A DNA stretch of 64,000 nucleotides, taken from assembly GCA_910583875.1 (NCBI GenBank), contig CAJTXT010000005.1, positions 72,104-136,103 on the forward strand, given 5' to 3'. The stretch is from an uncultured Vampirovibrio sp. Lineage in GTDB: Bacteria; Cyanobacteriota; Vampirovibrionia; Gastranaerophilales; Gastranaerophilaceae. Of this stretch, positions 45,980 through 54,110 are shown in pieces. Each line of letters starts with the position of its first letter. Position 1 is the stretch's first letter. The position numbers were made by a program, and so were the translations under genes. The notes below the pieces were generated by a model. The model had not been told where the DNA came from. It saw only the letters and a list, made by a program, of their open reading frames with translations, and did not search any database.

Positions 45980-46985
45980 ATACAAAATATTAATAGTAGA
46001 TGATGAACCGGATAACCTGGCATTATTATATAGAACGCTAAGAGGGAGATATGAAATTGCGAAATCCACATCTCCTGTTACAGCCCTTGAAATGCTTAGA
46101 CAAGAGCATTTTCATTGCATTCTTTCTGACCATAAAATGCCAGAGATGGATGGTGTTGAATTCTTAAAAAGAAGTTATGAAATTTCACCAAATACAATGA
46201 GATTATTAGTAACAGCATATACAGATGCAGGTATCTTAATAGATGCTATTAACTATGCAAAAATTTATAGATATATAAAGAAACCGTATAATCCGGATGA
46301 ATTAATTTTAATTGTAAATAATGCACTAGAATATTGGCAATTAAAATATGATAACAGTTCTTTGGTTAATGATTTAAAAGAATTATTTGCAGGTACAATT
46401 ACGGCAATTGTAGAAGCACTTGATGCTAAAGATTCTTATACATTAGGAAGAAGCAGAAGGGTTACTTTTTATGCCGTAAAAATAGCTAAAGCACTTCATT
46501 TAAGTGACACAACTACTGGTAAGATTGAACTTGCAGGATTATTACACGATATAGGTATGATTGGTGTTTCTGATGACATTTTGGCAAAAGTTGAACAATT
46601 ATCAACTGAAGAATACTCAGAAATAAAAAAACACGTTGATCATAGTATAAAAATCCTTGATGATATAAAACAATTAAAGGATGTTGTCGAAATTATAAAA
46701 TATCACCATGAACACTTTGATGGAAAAGGTTATCCTTACGGTAAAAAAGGAGAAGAAATTCCAATCGGTTCAAGAATTATTGCAGTTGCAGATGCGTTTG
46801 ATAGTATGATAACACCAAAAGCATATAGAAATCAGGTTGTACCGTCGCAAGCTCTTGCAAGAATAAAAGAAGTAACAGGAACTCAATTTGACCCTGTTGT
46901 AGTTGAAATTTTTGAACAAATTCTTCCTGATACACTTCGTGAAATAAAAGAAGCAGAAAGAAATTTACGCGCTAAACAAGTTTAA
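45972..46985 (+). CDS. response regulator with an HD-GYP c-di-GMP phosphodiesterase domain
   Basis: REC 'ILIVDDEPDN', 'LSDHKMPEMDG'. 'LLHDIGM' and 'HHEHFDGKGYPYG'. Overlaps the kinase gene by 8 nt. Confidence 0.88.
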   Translation: MDKYKILIVDDEPDNLALLYRTLRGRYEIAKSTSPVTALEMLRQEHFHCILSDHKMPEMDGVEFLKRSYEISPNTMRLLVTAYTDAGILIDAINYAKIYRYIKKPYNPDELILIVNNALEYWQLKYDNSSLVNDLKELFAGTITAIVEALDAKDSYTLGRSRRVTFYAVKIAKALHLSDTTTGKIELAGLLHDIGMIGVSDDILAKVEQLSTEEYSEIKKHVDHSIKILDDIKQLKDVVEIIKYHHEHFDGKGYPYGKKGEEIPIGSRIIAVADAFDSMITPKAYRNQVVPSQALARIKEVTGTQFDPVVVEIFEQILPDTLREIKEAERNLRAKQV

Positions 46986-47078
46986 ATAAGAATGATAAGA
47001 TTTTTTTAGTTAGAAGGCATTGTTTTCGCGTATGCAGAAAACACAGGCTTCTAACTAAAAAAATCTTATCATTCTTAT
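46986..47078 (+). repeat. family-2 repeat, core variant
   Basis: Perfect 31-bp arms (46986-47016 / 47048-47078). Loop 'gcattgttttcgcgtatgcagaaaacacagg'. Starts at the base after the stop codon. Confidence 0.85.
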
Positions 47079-47137
47079 TTACTTATAATTTTGTGATAAT
47101 ATAAAATAGTCAGAATTTAAATAGAGGTCTATTTTAT

Positions 47138-48865
47138 ATGAGAATGTCACAACTTTTTGTACAAACACTAAGAGAATTTCCTTCAGATGCTGAAGTAATG
47201 AGTCATAAATTATTAGTAAGAGCAGGCTACATAAGAAAGCTTGCAAATGGTGTATATAACTATTTACCATTAATGTGGCGAGTATTAAAAAAAGTTGAAA
47301 ATATAATAAGAGAAGAAATGGATGCAGCAGGTGCTCAAGAACTATTAATGCCCTTCGTGCAGCCTGCAGAATTATGGCAAGACTCGGGGCGCTGGGAAGT
47401 ATATGGTAAAGAACTAATGCGTTTAAAAGATAGACACAATCGTGAAATGTGTTTAGCACCAACTCATGAAGAAGTTGTAACCGCTGTAGCAAAAGAAGGT
47501 GTTCGTTCTTATAAACAATTGCCTTTAAATCTATATCACATTCAATTAAAATTTAGAGATGAAATAAGACCTCGTTTCGGTTTATTAAGAGGACGTGAAT
47601 TTATAATGAAAGACGCATACAGCTTTGATGCCGATGAAGAAGGTCTTGATAAATCTTATGAAATTATGGCAAAAGCTTATACTAGAATTTTTGAAAGATG
47701 CGGCTTAGAAACAAAAATGGTTCAATCTGATACAGGTGCTATAGGCGGAAGTGTTTCTCACGAATATATGGTGCTTGTAAATGAAGATACAGAAAACAAC
47801 GCTGGTGAAAATGATGTATTCTATTGCACAAAATGTGGTTATAGCGCAAATTCAAATCATGCTGTTTCTATTTTAAATCCAGCTGAAACAGATGGTAAAT
47901 TCGAAAAAGCAGAAATCATAGATACACCTAACGCACATTCAATTGAAGAACTTGCAAAATTATTAAAGGTTCCTGCAAGCGTAATTTGTAAATGCTTAAT
48001 ATATGTTGTTGACGGTAAATATGTTGCAGCCTTAATTAGAGGTGATAAGACTGTTGAAGAAACAAAATTAATGAACGCTTTTGCCGGAAATGATATTCGT
48101 ATTGCACGAAATGACGAAATTGAAGAAATTATGAAGGCTTCCGGTTTTAACGCAATAGCAGGATTTATTGGGCCAAAAGGATTAAAGAACGTTCAAATAA
48201 TTGCAGATGAAACAGTAAAAGAACTCAAAAACTTTGTTATCGGTATAAATCAGACAGACAAACACTTAGTAGGTGCTAATTGGGGCGTAGATGTTGAATT
48301 ACCTGAAAAGATTGCCGATATCAGATTAGTAGAAAAAAATGATAAATGTGTTGATTGCGGTGCTGAATTAAAAGTCACAAAAGGTATTGAAGTTGGAAAC
48401 ATCTTTAAACTCGGAACAAAATATTCAAAAGCAATGAATGCAACATTTACAGATAAAGACGGTAAAGAAAGACCATTCATAATGGGCTGTTACGGTATTG
48501 GTGTTACAAGAACAGCTGCTGCCGCTGTTGAAAGACACCATGATGAATTTGGTATTAAATGGCCTTTAGCAATTGCACCTTATACAGTTGTTATTGTTCC
48601 AGTAAGCGATCAAGATGAAACTCAAATGAAAGTTGCAGAAGAAATGTACAAAAAACTTTTAGATGCAAAGGTTGAAGTTCTTCTTGATGATAGAAGTGAA
48701 AGAGCTGGTGTTAAATTAAAAGATGCTGATTTAATCGGTATTCCGTTTAGAATTACTGTTGGTAAAACAATTAAAGACGGACTTGTTGAATTTAAAACAC
48801 GTGCTACAAATGAAATGGTAACAATTACTCCGGATGAAGCTGTTGAACGAATTTTAGCATTATAA
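47138..48865 (+). CDS. proS: prolyl-tRNA synthetase (bacterial type, with editing insertion)
   Basis: 575 aa. 'MRMSQLFVQTLRE', 'FRDEIRPRFGLLRGREFIMKDAYSF', 'GCYGIGVTR'. Confidence 0.95.
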   Translation: MRMSQLFVQTLREFPSDAEVMSHKLLVRAGYIRKLANGVYNYLPLMWRVLKKVENIIREEMDAAGAQELLMPFVQPAELWQDSGRWEVYGKELMRLKDRHNREMCLAPTHEEVVTAVAKEGVRSYKQLPLNLYHIQLKFRDEIRPRFGLLRGREFIMKDAYSFDADEEGLDKSYEIMAKAYTRIFERCGLETKMVQSDTGAIGGSVSHEYMVLVNEDTENNAGENDVFYCTKCGYSANSNHAVSILNPAETDGKFEKAEIIDTPNAHSIEELAKLLKVPASVICKCLIYVVDGKYVAALIRGDKTVEETKLMNAFAGNDIRIARNDEIEEIMKASGFNAIAGFIGPKGLKNVQIIADETVKELKNFVIGINQTDKHLVGANWGVDVELPEKIADIRLVEKNDKCVDCGAELKVTKGIEVGNIFKLGTKYSKAMNATFTDKDGKERPFIMGCYGIGVTRTAAAAVERHHDEFGIKWPLAIAPYTVVIVPVSDQDETQMKVAEEMYKKLLDAKVEVLLDDRSERAGVKLKDADLIGIPFRITVGKTIKDGLVEFKTRATNEMVTITPDEAVERILAL

Positions 48866-48892
48866 AAAGAAAAAACAGAAAATATATACAAT

Positions 48893-49012
48893 TTTACACT
48901 AAAATTACTGAATTTGTCACCCTGAACTTGTTTCAGGGTCTTACAAATGGTAAGATTCCGAAACAAGTTCGGAATGACATTATGACTATCTTTTGAGTCA
49001 ATTTAGTGTAAA
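48893..49012. mobile_element. family-1 MITE, compact complete copy (reference copy)
   Basis: 'tttacactaaa...GTCACCCTGAACTTGTTTCAGGGTCTTACaaatgGTAAGATTCCGAAACAAGTTCGGAATGAC...tttagtgtaaa'. Confidence 0.88.
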
Positions 49013-49134
49013 TTTATATATAATTCCTATTTTTTATTTTTGCTATTTATTCTTATCATTTCTTCATAAAATCCAATTTTTTAACAAAATTTTTCCTTTA
49101 ATTTCGTTCATGCAAAAAGTAGAAGGTATATATT

Positions 49135-50163
49135 TTGATTACAATTTCCCCTGCTTTACATACAAAAACATATAACATATATAATAATCCGGCATCCGGA
49201 TTATCTAAACCAATGCAAAGTTTTAAAGGAAATGATACATCAGATATAGTTTCGCAAGGGGATAAAGCATTAAACGAAAATAATTTTTCTAAAGCTTTAG
49301 AAGCTTATCAACAAGCAAACAAACTAAACCCTGATGATATTAATATTTATAGAAAAATGGCAAAAGCAAATTTTGGTTTAAAAGATTATGCTTCTGCCGA
49401 AAACAATTTTTCCGTTTATTTAGAGAAAAAACCGGAAGATGTTGATTGCTTAATTGAATTAGGTGAAACACAAAGACAAGCAGGATTTTATCAAAAAGCC
49501 TTAAGTAATTTTGAAAAAGCACATAATATAGATAAATCTAATGATTTAGCTCAAAGAAGCATTTTAGAAACTAAGAATAATATTTTAGCAATATATTCAC
49601 CGGAACGAGCAAAAGTAGAAAAAATGGCTTATGCTTCAAATAATTTAAGAGAAGCATTAAATATGACTGTACAATATTTAACACCTGCATTTATGAAAGA
49701 TATGCAAGATGTGTCTATTTCTTTTGGCGAAACAGCACAAATGGGCGGAACTTCTAATATTGCTCAGTATGAAAATTATAAAAATGCTATTACTATATCA
49801 AATTCATATATCTATGCTGCACCGCAAGTTATTGCAGCATATTTAACACACGAATCAATTCACGCAAAAGATAAAGATCCATATACATCAATACGCGAAG
49901 AACAAGATGCCTATGAAGTTGCAACAAAGTTTTGGATTAATCACTCAAATGGAGTAAGCGATCCGGAAATGGATTATGCAAAAGATTTATACTTAAAATC
50001 TCCGGCAGCATTAAGTTCAAGAGTTGAAGAAATATACACACTACGAGACCCTTCAATAGCAAAAACATCTCCAAATCATCCACCTGAGAAGAAATTTCAT
50101 TTTAATACCTCAAAGAAAAAAGCTGCTTCACAATCTATAAAAGAATATAATGTTATTGCATAA
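49135..50163 (+). CDS. TPR-repeat protein with a C-terminal HExxH motif and an F-x-G leader
   Basis: TTG start behind GAAGG. TPR stretch 'ALEAYQQANKLNPDD...'. 'YLTHESIHAKD' followed by 'EEQDAYE'. Leader '...MQSFKGND'. Confidence 0.55.
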   Translation: MITISPALHTKTYNIYNNPASGLSKPMQSFKGNDTSDIVSQGDKALNENNFSKALEAYQQANKLNPDDINIYRKMAKANFGLKDYASAENNFSVYLEKKPEDVDCLIELGETQRQAGFYQKALSNFEKAHNIDKSNDLAQRSILETKNNILAIYSPERAKVEKMAYASNNLREALNMTVQYLTPAFMKDMQDVSISFGETAQMGGTSNIAQYENYKNAITISNSYIYAAPQVIAAYLTHESIHAKDKDPYTSIREEQDAYEVATKFWINHSNGVSDPEMDYAKDLYLKSPAALSSRVEEIYTLRDPSIAKTSPNHPPEKKFHFNTSKKKAASQSIKEYNVIA

Positions 50164-50194
50164 AAGCCTGTAAAACTTAAGTTTTACAGGCTTT
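50163..50194. terminator. hairpin between convergent genes
   Basis: 14-bp stem aaagcctgtaaaac/gttttacaggcttt. Confidence 0.55.
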
Positions 50195-50198
50195 AAGC

Positions 50199-51332
50199 TT
50201 ATTTAGATGTCTTTTCTGTATCACCTTCAGGGTTAACCGAAATTTTAACTTGCCCTTTAGATACTTCAAATATAGTTTCCGTTGCATATGCAACATAATT
50301 TCTATATTTCTTTTTTCTAATTTTTTTGTCTTTAATCAATTTATCAACATGTTCAAAATAAGATTGCATATACTTTATTCGATTTTCTTTATCTTCACAC
50401 AACCATTGAAGAAATGGTTTATTTCCCTTCTTAGAATTACATCCGCTATGCATTGACATATAATTACTAATATCATCATGGTTATTTTCAATATCATATG
50501 CAAGAATATGGTCAGTATTTGCTACTGAAGTAGATACTAATCTGGAAGCAATTTCATCTGATGACCAAGCTTCTCCATGTTTATTTTTACCGGAATATTT
50601 AACTATCCAAGCCGAATTCATATCAGAAGAAACAGGGAATTCACTTGCCAGTTGTTGTAATTTTTTAGTTTTATGAGGGTTCGAAAGATTTATTTTACTA
50701 ATATCTTCTAACATTATTTTACGTCTAAAAGGAGCTTCTTCATTATTTTTATATATATGACTTTGTATTCCTTTTGCTTTTTTTAACAATAATTCTTTTT
50801 CCTCAGAAGGAAGACTATTTGCTAATGCCTTTATTTTTTGGACTTGTCTTTTTTGTATCTCTTGTAATTGAGGTAATTTGGCATCTCTTAACTTACATAC
50901 AAGACTTCTAATATCTTTTTCTCCAGAAAAATCTGCCATACGAAGAAGTTCATAATAAACACTTTTTTCAACTGGACGCATATAATCAGTATATTGACCC
51001 ATATAATCCAATTGTTCTTCCGGAGGAAGTTCTGAAAGGTCATTTTTTATTTTATGAAACAATGTTTTATTCATCATCTTTTGTCCACAAGCAGGACAAG
51101 GAACATCATTAAACTTTGAAACTAAGAAATCACCGGAATATTCTTTCAAATTATGTCTGGAGGTTGAAACTTTTCTTTCTGTACCAGTAAAGCTCAAAGG
51201 ATAATAAAAAACATTACTCAATTCTTTTATTTGAGCAGTTTGAGGATTACTAATCGGATTTTGAACAACTTGCGGTTTTACATAACTATTTTTGTAAAAA
51301 CCGATAGAATTAATTACAGGGTTAATTTTCAT
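50199..51332 (-). CDS. HNH-nuclease-domain protein with a CxxC element and an F-x-G leader
   Basis: 'CPACGQKM'. C-terminal 'NTDHILAYDIENNHDDISNYMSMHSGCNSKKGNKPF' follows a D-H...N...N..K HNH pattern. Leader '...YPLSFTGTE'. Confidence 0.6.
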   Translation of the reverse strand: MKINPVINSIGFYKNSYVKPQVVQNPISNPQTAQIKELSNVFYYPLSFTGTERKVSTSRHNLKEYSGDFLVSKFNDVPCPACGQKMMNKTLFHKIKNDLSELPPEEQLDYMGQYTDYMRPVEKSVYYELLRMADFSGEKDIRSLVCKLRDAKLPQLQEIQKRQVQKIKALANSLPSEEKELLLKKAKGIQSHIYKNNEEAPFRRKIMLEDISKINLSNPHKTKKLQQLASEFPVSSDMNSAWIVKYSGKNKHGEAWSSDEIASRLVSTSVANTDHILAYDIENNHDDISNYMSMHSGCNSKKGNKPFLQWLCEDKENRIKYMQSYFEHVDKLIKDKKIRKKKYRNYVAYATETIFEVSKGQVKISVNPEGDTEKTSK

Positions 51333-51643
51333 ACTTACCTATCATGCATGCATAATATCTTTATTACATGAAAACAGAAAATGATTTTTTTTGTCAACTT
51401 CAGTTACATTTTGTAAAGTTGAATTTTTTCAATTATTTTTTTTGACATTTGGAATAAAAAAATATCATTTTAAAAAAAAATACACTTGTTTTTAAAAGAA
51501 GTGCATTCATTTTTGACAAAATTGTTGCTTTTTTTAAAACAAATCTTCTTAACACGATAAATTAAATAGCAAATAAATTTGTTTTTATACTTTAACTTGA
51601 TATTATTGCTTATGGTCGAACATGTTAAAAGGTAAGAAGCAAA

Positions 51644-53362
51644 TTGAAAATATCACAAATTAGTAACAACACTCCTTGTAAAAATAATCAAACATTAAAC
51701 AAAAAAAATAATAATAACTATAATACAAATCCAAAATTCCAAGGTGGAGCCATCGATACAGCTTTTAACTTGTTAGACAAAGGATTTAGCGTTCTTGATA
51801 AAAATGCAATGATACAAGTCTCCTTCGTAGATACAGTTTCAACAAATATTCCAAGAACATTAGTTGATTTAAAGACAGGTATTGCAGCTGCATTTGAAAC
51901 CTGCCGACGTGAATTTTCAGGCTTATTTGTAAACTGTTTAATGCCAGGGTTAGTAGTAAAAGGCTTAGCACATGTTCTTCCAAAAGCTGCTGAATTACAA
52001 GGTACTGATGTAGTCGGTTCTTGGGCAAACGGTGATGCTATTGATAAATTAAAAGGTGTATATAAACAAGCACAAGAATCAGGTGCTAGAGATAAAACAA
52101 AAGTTTATGTTGAAAAAGCATTAGGTTCATTAGAAGGTCTTGACGGCAAAAATTGGATTAAATTTGCAGATAAAGCAGCTGCACCGGAATATCAAGAAGC
52201 TATTAACAATGTTGTTAAAGCTATATCTTCAAATGGCAGCGAAAAGAAAACATTATTAAAACAAGCTCAAACAAAACTTGCTTCTGTAACAAAAGCAGAA
52301 AGTATATTAAGATTTAATGGCAAAGCACAAGCAAATCTTGAAGAAACTCTTCGTGATGTTGTTGACTTAGGTTCTAAATTTAATGCTGTAAAAGAAAAAG
52401 CAGTTAAAGGACTTGGTGAATCTGTTGATGATGCTGCAAGAAATGCAAATATTTCTCAAGCTATTGATAAATATGGCTCATCATTAAAAGGATTTGTTAA
52501 TAAGAAGAGCTTAATAGGTCTTGGAATTGTTATTGGTATTGCGGTAAGCATTCAAACAATCAACCGTGCAATTACAAGAAAACAATTTAATGCAGAAGGC
52601 GCACCAATCTACAAAGATTTTGGTAAAAAAGATACAACACAAAAAATGGATGAAAAGCAAAAGAAAACCTTCTTTGCGAAGAAACTTGCTTCTGCTGCTG
52701 GAATGTATGGCTTAGCTGCTGCTTCAATGATGAAGAAACCGTCTTTAGGAATGTTCCAATTCTCAGGTATATTCCCAACAATGGATCAATGCAGATGGAT
52801 TGCTGCTTCTACATTTGCAAGCAGAATGATGGGCGCTGAAGATGAAAACGAATTGAGAGAAACAACTATAAGAGATATAGCTTCCTTCTCCGGATTATAC
52901 TTCCTTGGCGATTATGTTAAAAAGGCTGCTGCATCAGGCATAGAAGCATTATCAAGAACAAAACAAGGTTCTAAATTATTAGGTGAGAATGTTGTATTAC
53001 TAAACCGTAAGAAAGAAATTGCAAAACCTGTACTTGAAAACGGCGCTTCATTTGCTAAGAAAGCTGCTGCACAAGCTGGATACCGTGCAAAACAACTTGG
53101 AAACTGGATTAAGAATACAGACCTTAAATCAGCTGCTGAAGTTGCAAATACTAAGACACGCAACCTAAGAAATATTTGCCGTGTAGCAGATATTGCCTTC
53201 TCTATAGTAATGCTTGGTATTTTACTTCCGAAATACAATCGTTCTGTTACAGAAAAGAAAGTTGCCGCAGCAAAAAAACAAGAAGAAATGCAAAAACGTG
53301 CAATGTTTAATTATTCAACTGTAGAACAAACACCTGAAATTTTTAAAAGTTTAATAAAATAA
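51644..53362 (+). CDS. hypothetical Ala/Lys-rich membrane-associated protein with an F-x-G leader
   Basis: TTG start. 572 aa. Asn-rich leader ending 'NPKFQGGA'. Hydrophobic segments 'LIGLGIVIGIAVSI' and 'IAFSIVMLGILL'. Confidence 0.5.
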   Translation: MKISQISNNTPCKNNQTLNKKNNNNYNTNPKFQGGAIDTAFNLLDKGFSVLDKNAMIQVSFVDTVSTNIPRTLVDLKTGIAAAFETCRREFSGLFVNCLMPGLVVKGLAHVLPKAAELQGTDVVGSWANGDAIDKLKGVYKQAQESGARDKTKVYVEKALGSLEGLDGKNWIKFADKAAAPEYQEAINNVVKAISSNGSEKKTLLKQAQTKLASVTKAESILRFNGKAQANLEETLRDVVDLGSKFNAVKEKAVKGLGESVDDAARNANISQAIDKYGSSLKGFVNKKSLIGLGIVIGIAVSIQTINRAITRKQFNAEGAPIYKDFGKKDTTQKMDEKQKKTFFAKKLASAAGMYGLAAASMMKKPSLGMFQFSGIFPTMDQCRWIAASTFASRMMGAEDENELRETTIRDIASFSGLYFLGDYVKKAAASGIEALSRTKQGSKLLGENVVLLNRKKEIAKPVLENGASFAKKAAAQAGYRAKQLGNWIKNTDLKSAAEVANTKTRNLRNICRVADIAFSIVMLGILLPKYNRSVTEKKVAAAKKQEEMQKRAMFNYSTVEQTPEIFKSLIK

Positions 53363-53369
53363 AATTTGG

Positions 53370-53568
53370 GAATTATATAGAAATTTACAATAAACATGTT
53401 CAGAATATAGTCATAATGTCATTCCGAACTTGTTTCGGAATCTTACCAATTGTAAGACTCTGTGGGGAACTAGGCATTTTTCACAAAATCACAGATTTTA
53501 GAAAAAGTTGTCAAACAAGTTTATGGTAACGACTTCAACTTTTTTAGTGTAAAGTTATACATAATTTC
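53370..53568. mobile_element. family-1 MITE, full length, carrying a nested insertion
   Basis: Same ends as the 20643 copy ('ggaattatatagaaatttaca' and 'tttagtgtaaagttatacataatttc'). Confidence 0.85.
53462..53512 (-). mobile_element. nested 51-nt mini-element (family 3)
   Basis: 'gtggggaactaggcatttttcacaaaatcacagattttagaaaaagttgtc' interrupts 'gtaagactctg|aaacaagtt'. Confidence 0.8.
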
Positions 53569-53701
53569 TTAAATTTTTTTTAAAATTTCAAAAAAATGCG
53601 CAAAAAATTTTTTGTTCATGTTTTGTATTAACGGCTAGTTGATAAAAACACGAAAATAGTATATAATTAATAACCCATGAGAATGTAAAGGAGAGAAGTA
53701 A

Positions 53702-54049
53702 GTGGTTGACAATAGGTCAGCTGGTGTTCTCGGGATTGCAGGAGGTATCAACTTCAAGAGCGGAGACATATCTGGTACTGCTGCAAAAACCTCAGACGAC
53801 AGAGCGAGTCAAGGAACTGAATATTTTATGCAAGAAGGCGAAGAGCAGCAAGGGGCAAACCAACCTTTTGTTGATAGAAGCATGCAGCTTCGTGCCTCCT
53901 TAAATTCTCTTGCGCTTTTAAATGTTGTATCTGTTCTGCAAAATCAGCGGAAGAATTTGCTATTAGATGGTGAAGATATGACGGAAAAAATACGAGCAAA
54001 AAAAGTTGAAAAAATAAAAAAAGATAATGAAAATAATCAAAACAAATAA
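53702..54049 (+). CDS. hypothetical small protein
   Basis: GTG start behind AAGGAGAG. 115 aa. Locally GC-richer than its surroundings. Contains 'GINFKSGD'. Confidence 0.45.
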   Translation: MVDNRSAGVLGIAGGINFKSGDISGTAAKTSDDRASQGTEYFMQEGEEQQGANQPFVDRSMQLRASLNSLALLNVVSVLQNQRKNLLLDGEDMTEKIRAKKVEKIKKDNENNQNK

Positions 54050-54086
54050 AAGACTATCAAGATTAATCTCAAGATAGTCTTTTTTA
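54050..54086 (+). terminator. rho-independent terminator
   Basis: Stem aagactatc/gatagtctt followed by a T-run at 54080-54085. Confidence 0.6.
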
Positions 54087-54110
54087 TTGAAATCTGATAA
54101 AATACAAAAT

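Noticed and set aside
47079-47492. 137-aa minus-strand ORF antisense to proS, and similar antisense ORFs (2500-2823, 4273-4560, 4557-4820, 5580-5885, 9164-9475, 10938-11123, 14736-14975, 26523-26711, 27467-27667, 37375-37650, 45273-46071, 48250-48480, 51786-52028, 52587-53238, 53706-53903, 56110-56298, 58274-58546, 59189-59449, 60254-60484, 61332-61517, 62774-62995, 63505-63738)
   Set aside because: They are fully nested in, or antisense to, well-supported genes. They have low-complexity, Leu/Phe/Ser-rich compositions typical of AT-rich antisense frames, and they lack motifs and Shine-Dalgarno sites.
49135-49260. The F-x-G leader as a type IV prepilin or Sec/lipoprotein signal
   Set aside because: No hydrophobic stretch follows the Gly, and there is no G-F/M-T-L-x-E motif or lipobox. 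The leader also occurs on the cytoplasmic enzyme Prs. It is reported as an unexplained motif instead.
51333-51643. Promoter calls in the 310-nt AT-rich divergent region (several TTGACA hexamers, A9 and T8 runs)
   Set aside because: TTGACA-like and TATAAT-like hexamers are frequent by chance at this AT content, and the spacing to candidate -10 boxes was not convincing (15 nt, or a poor -10).
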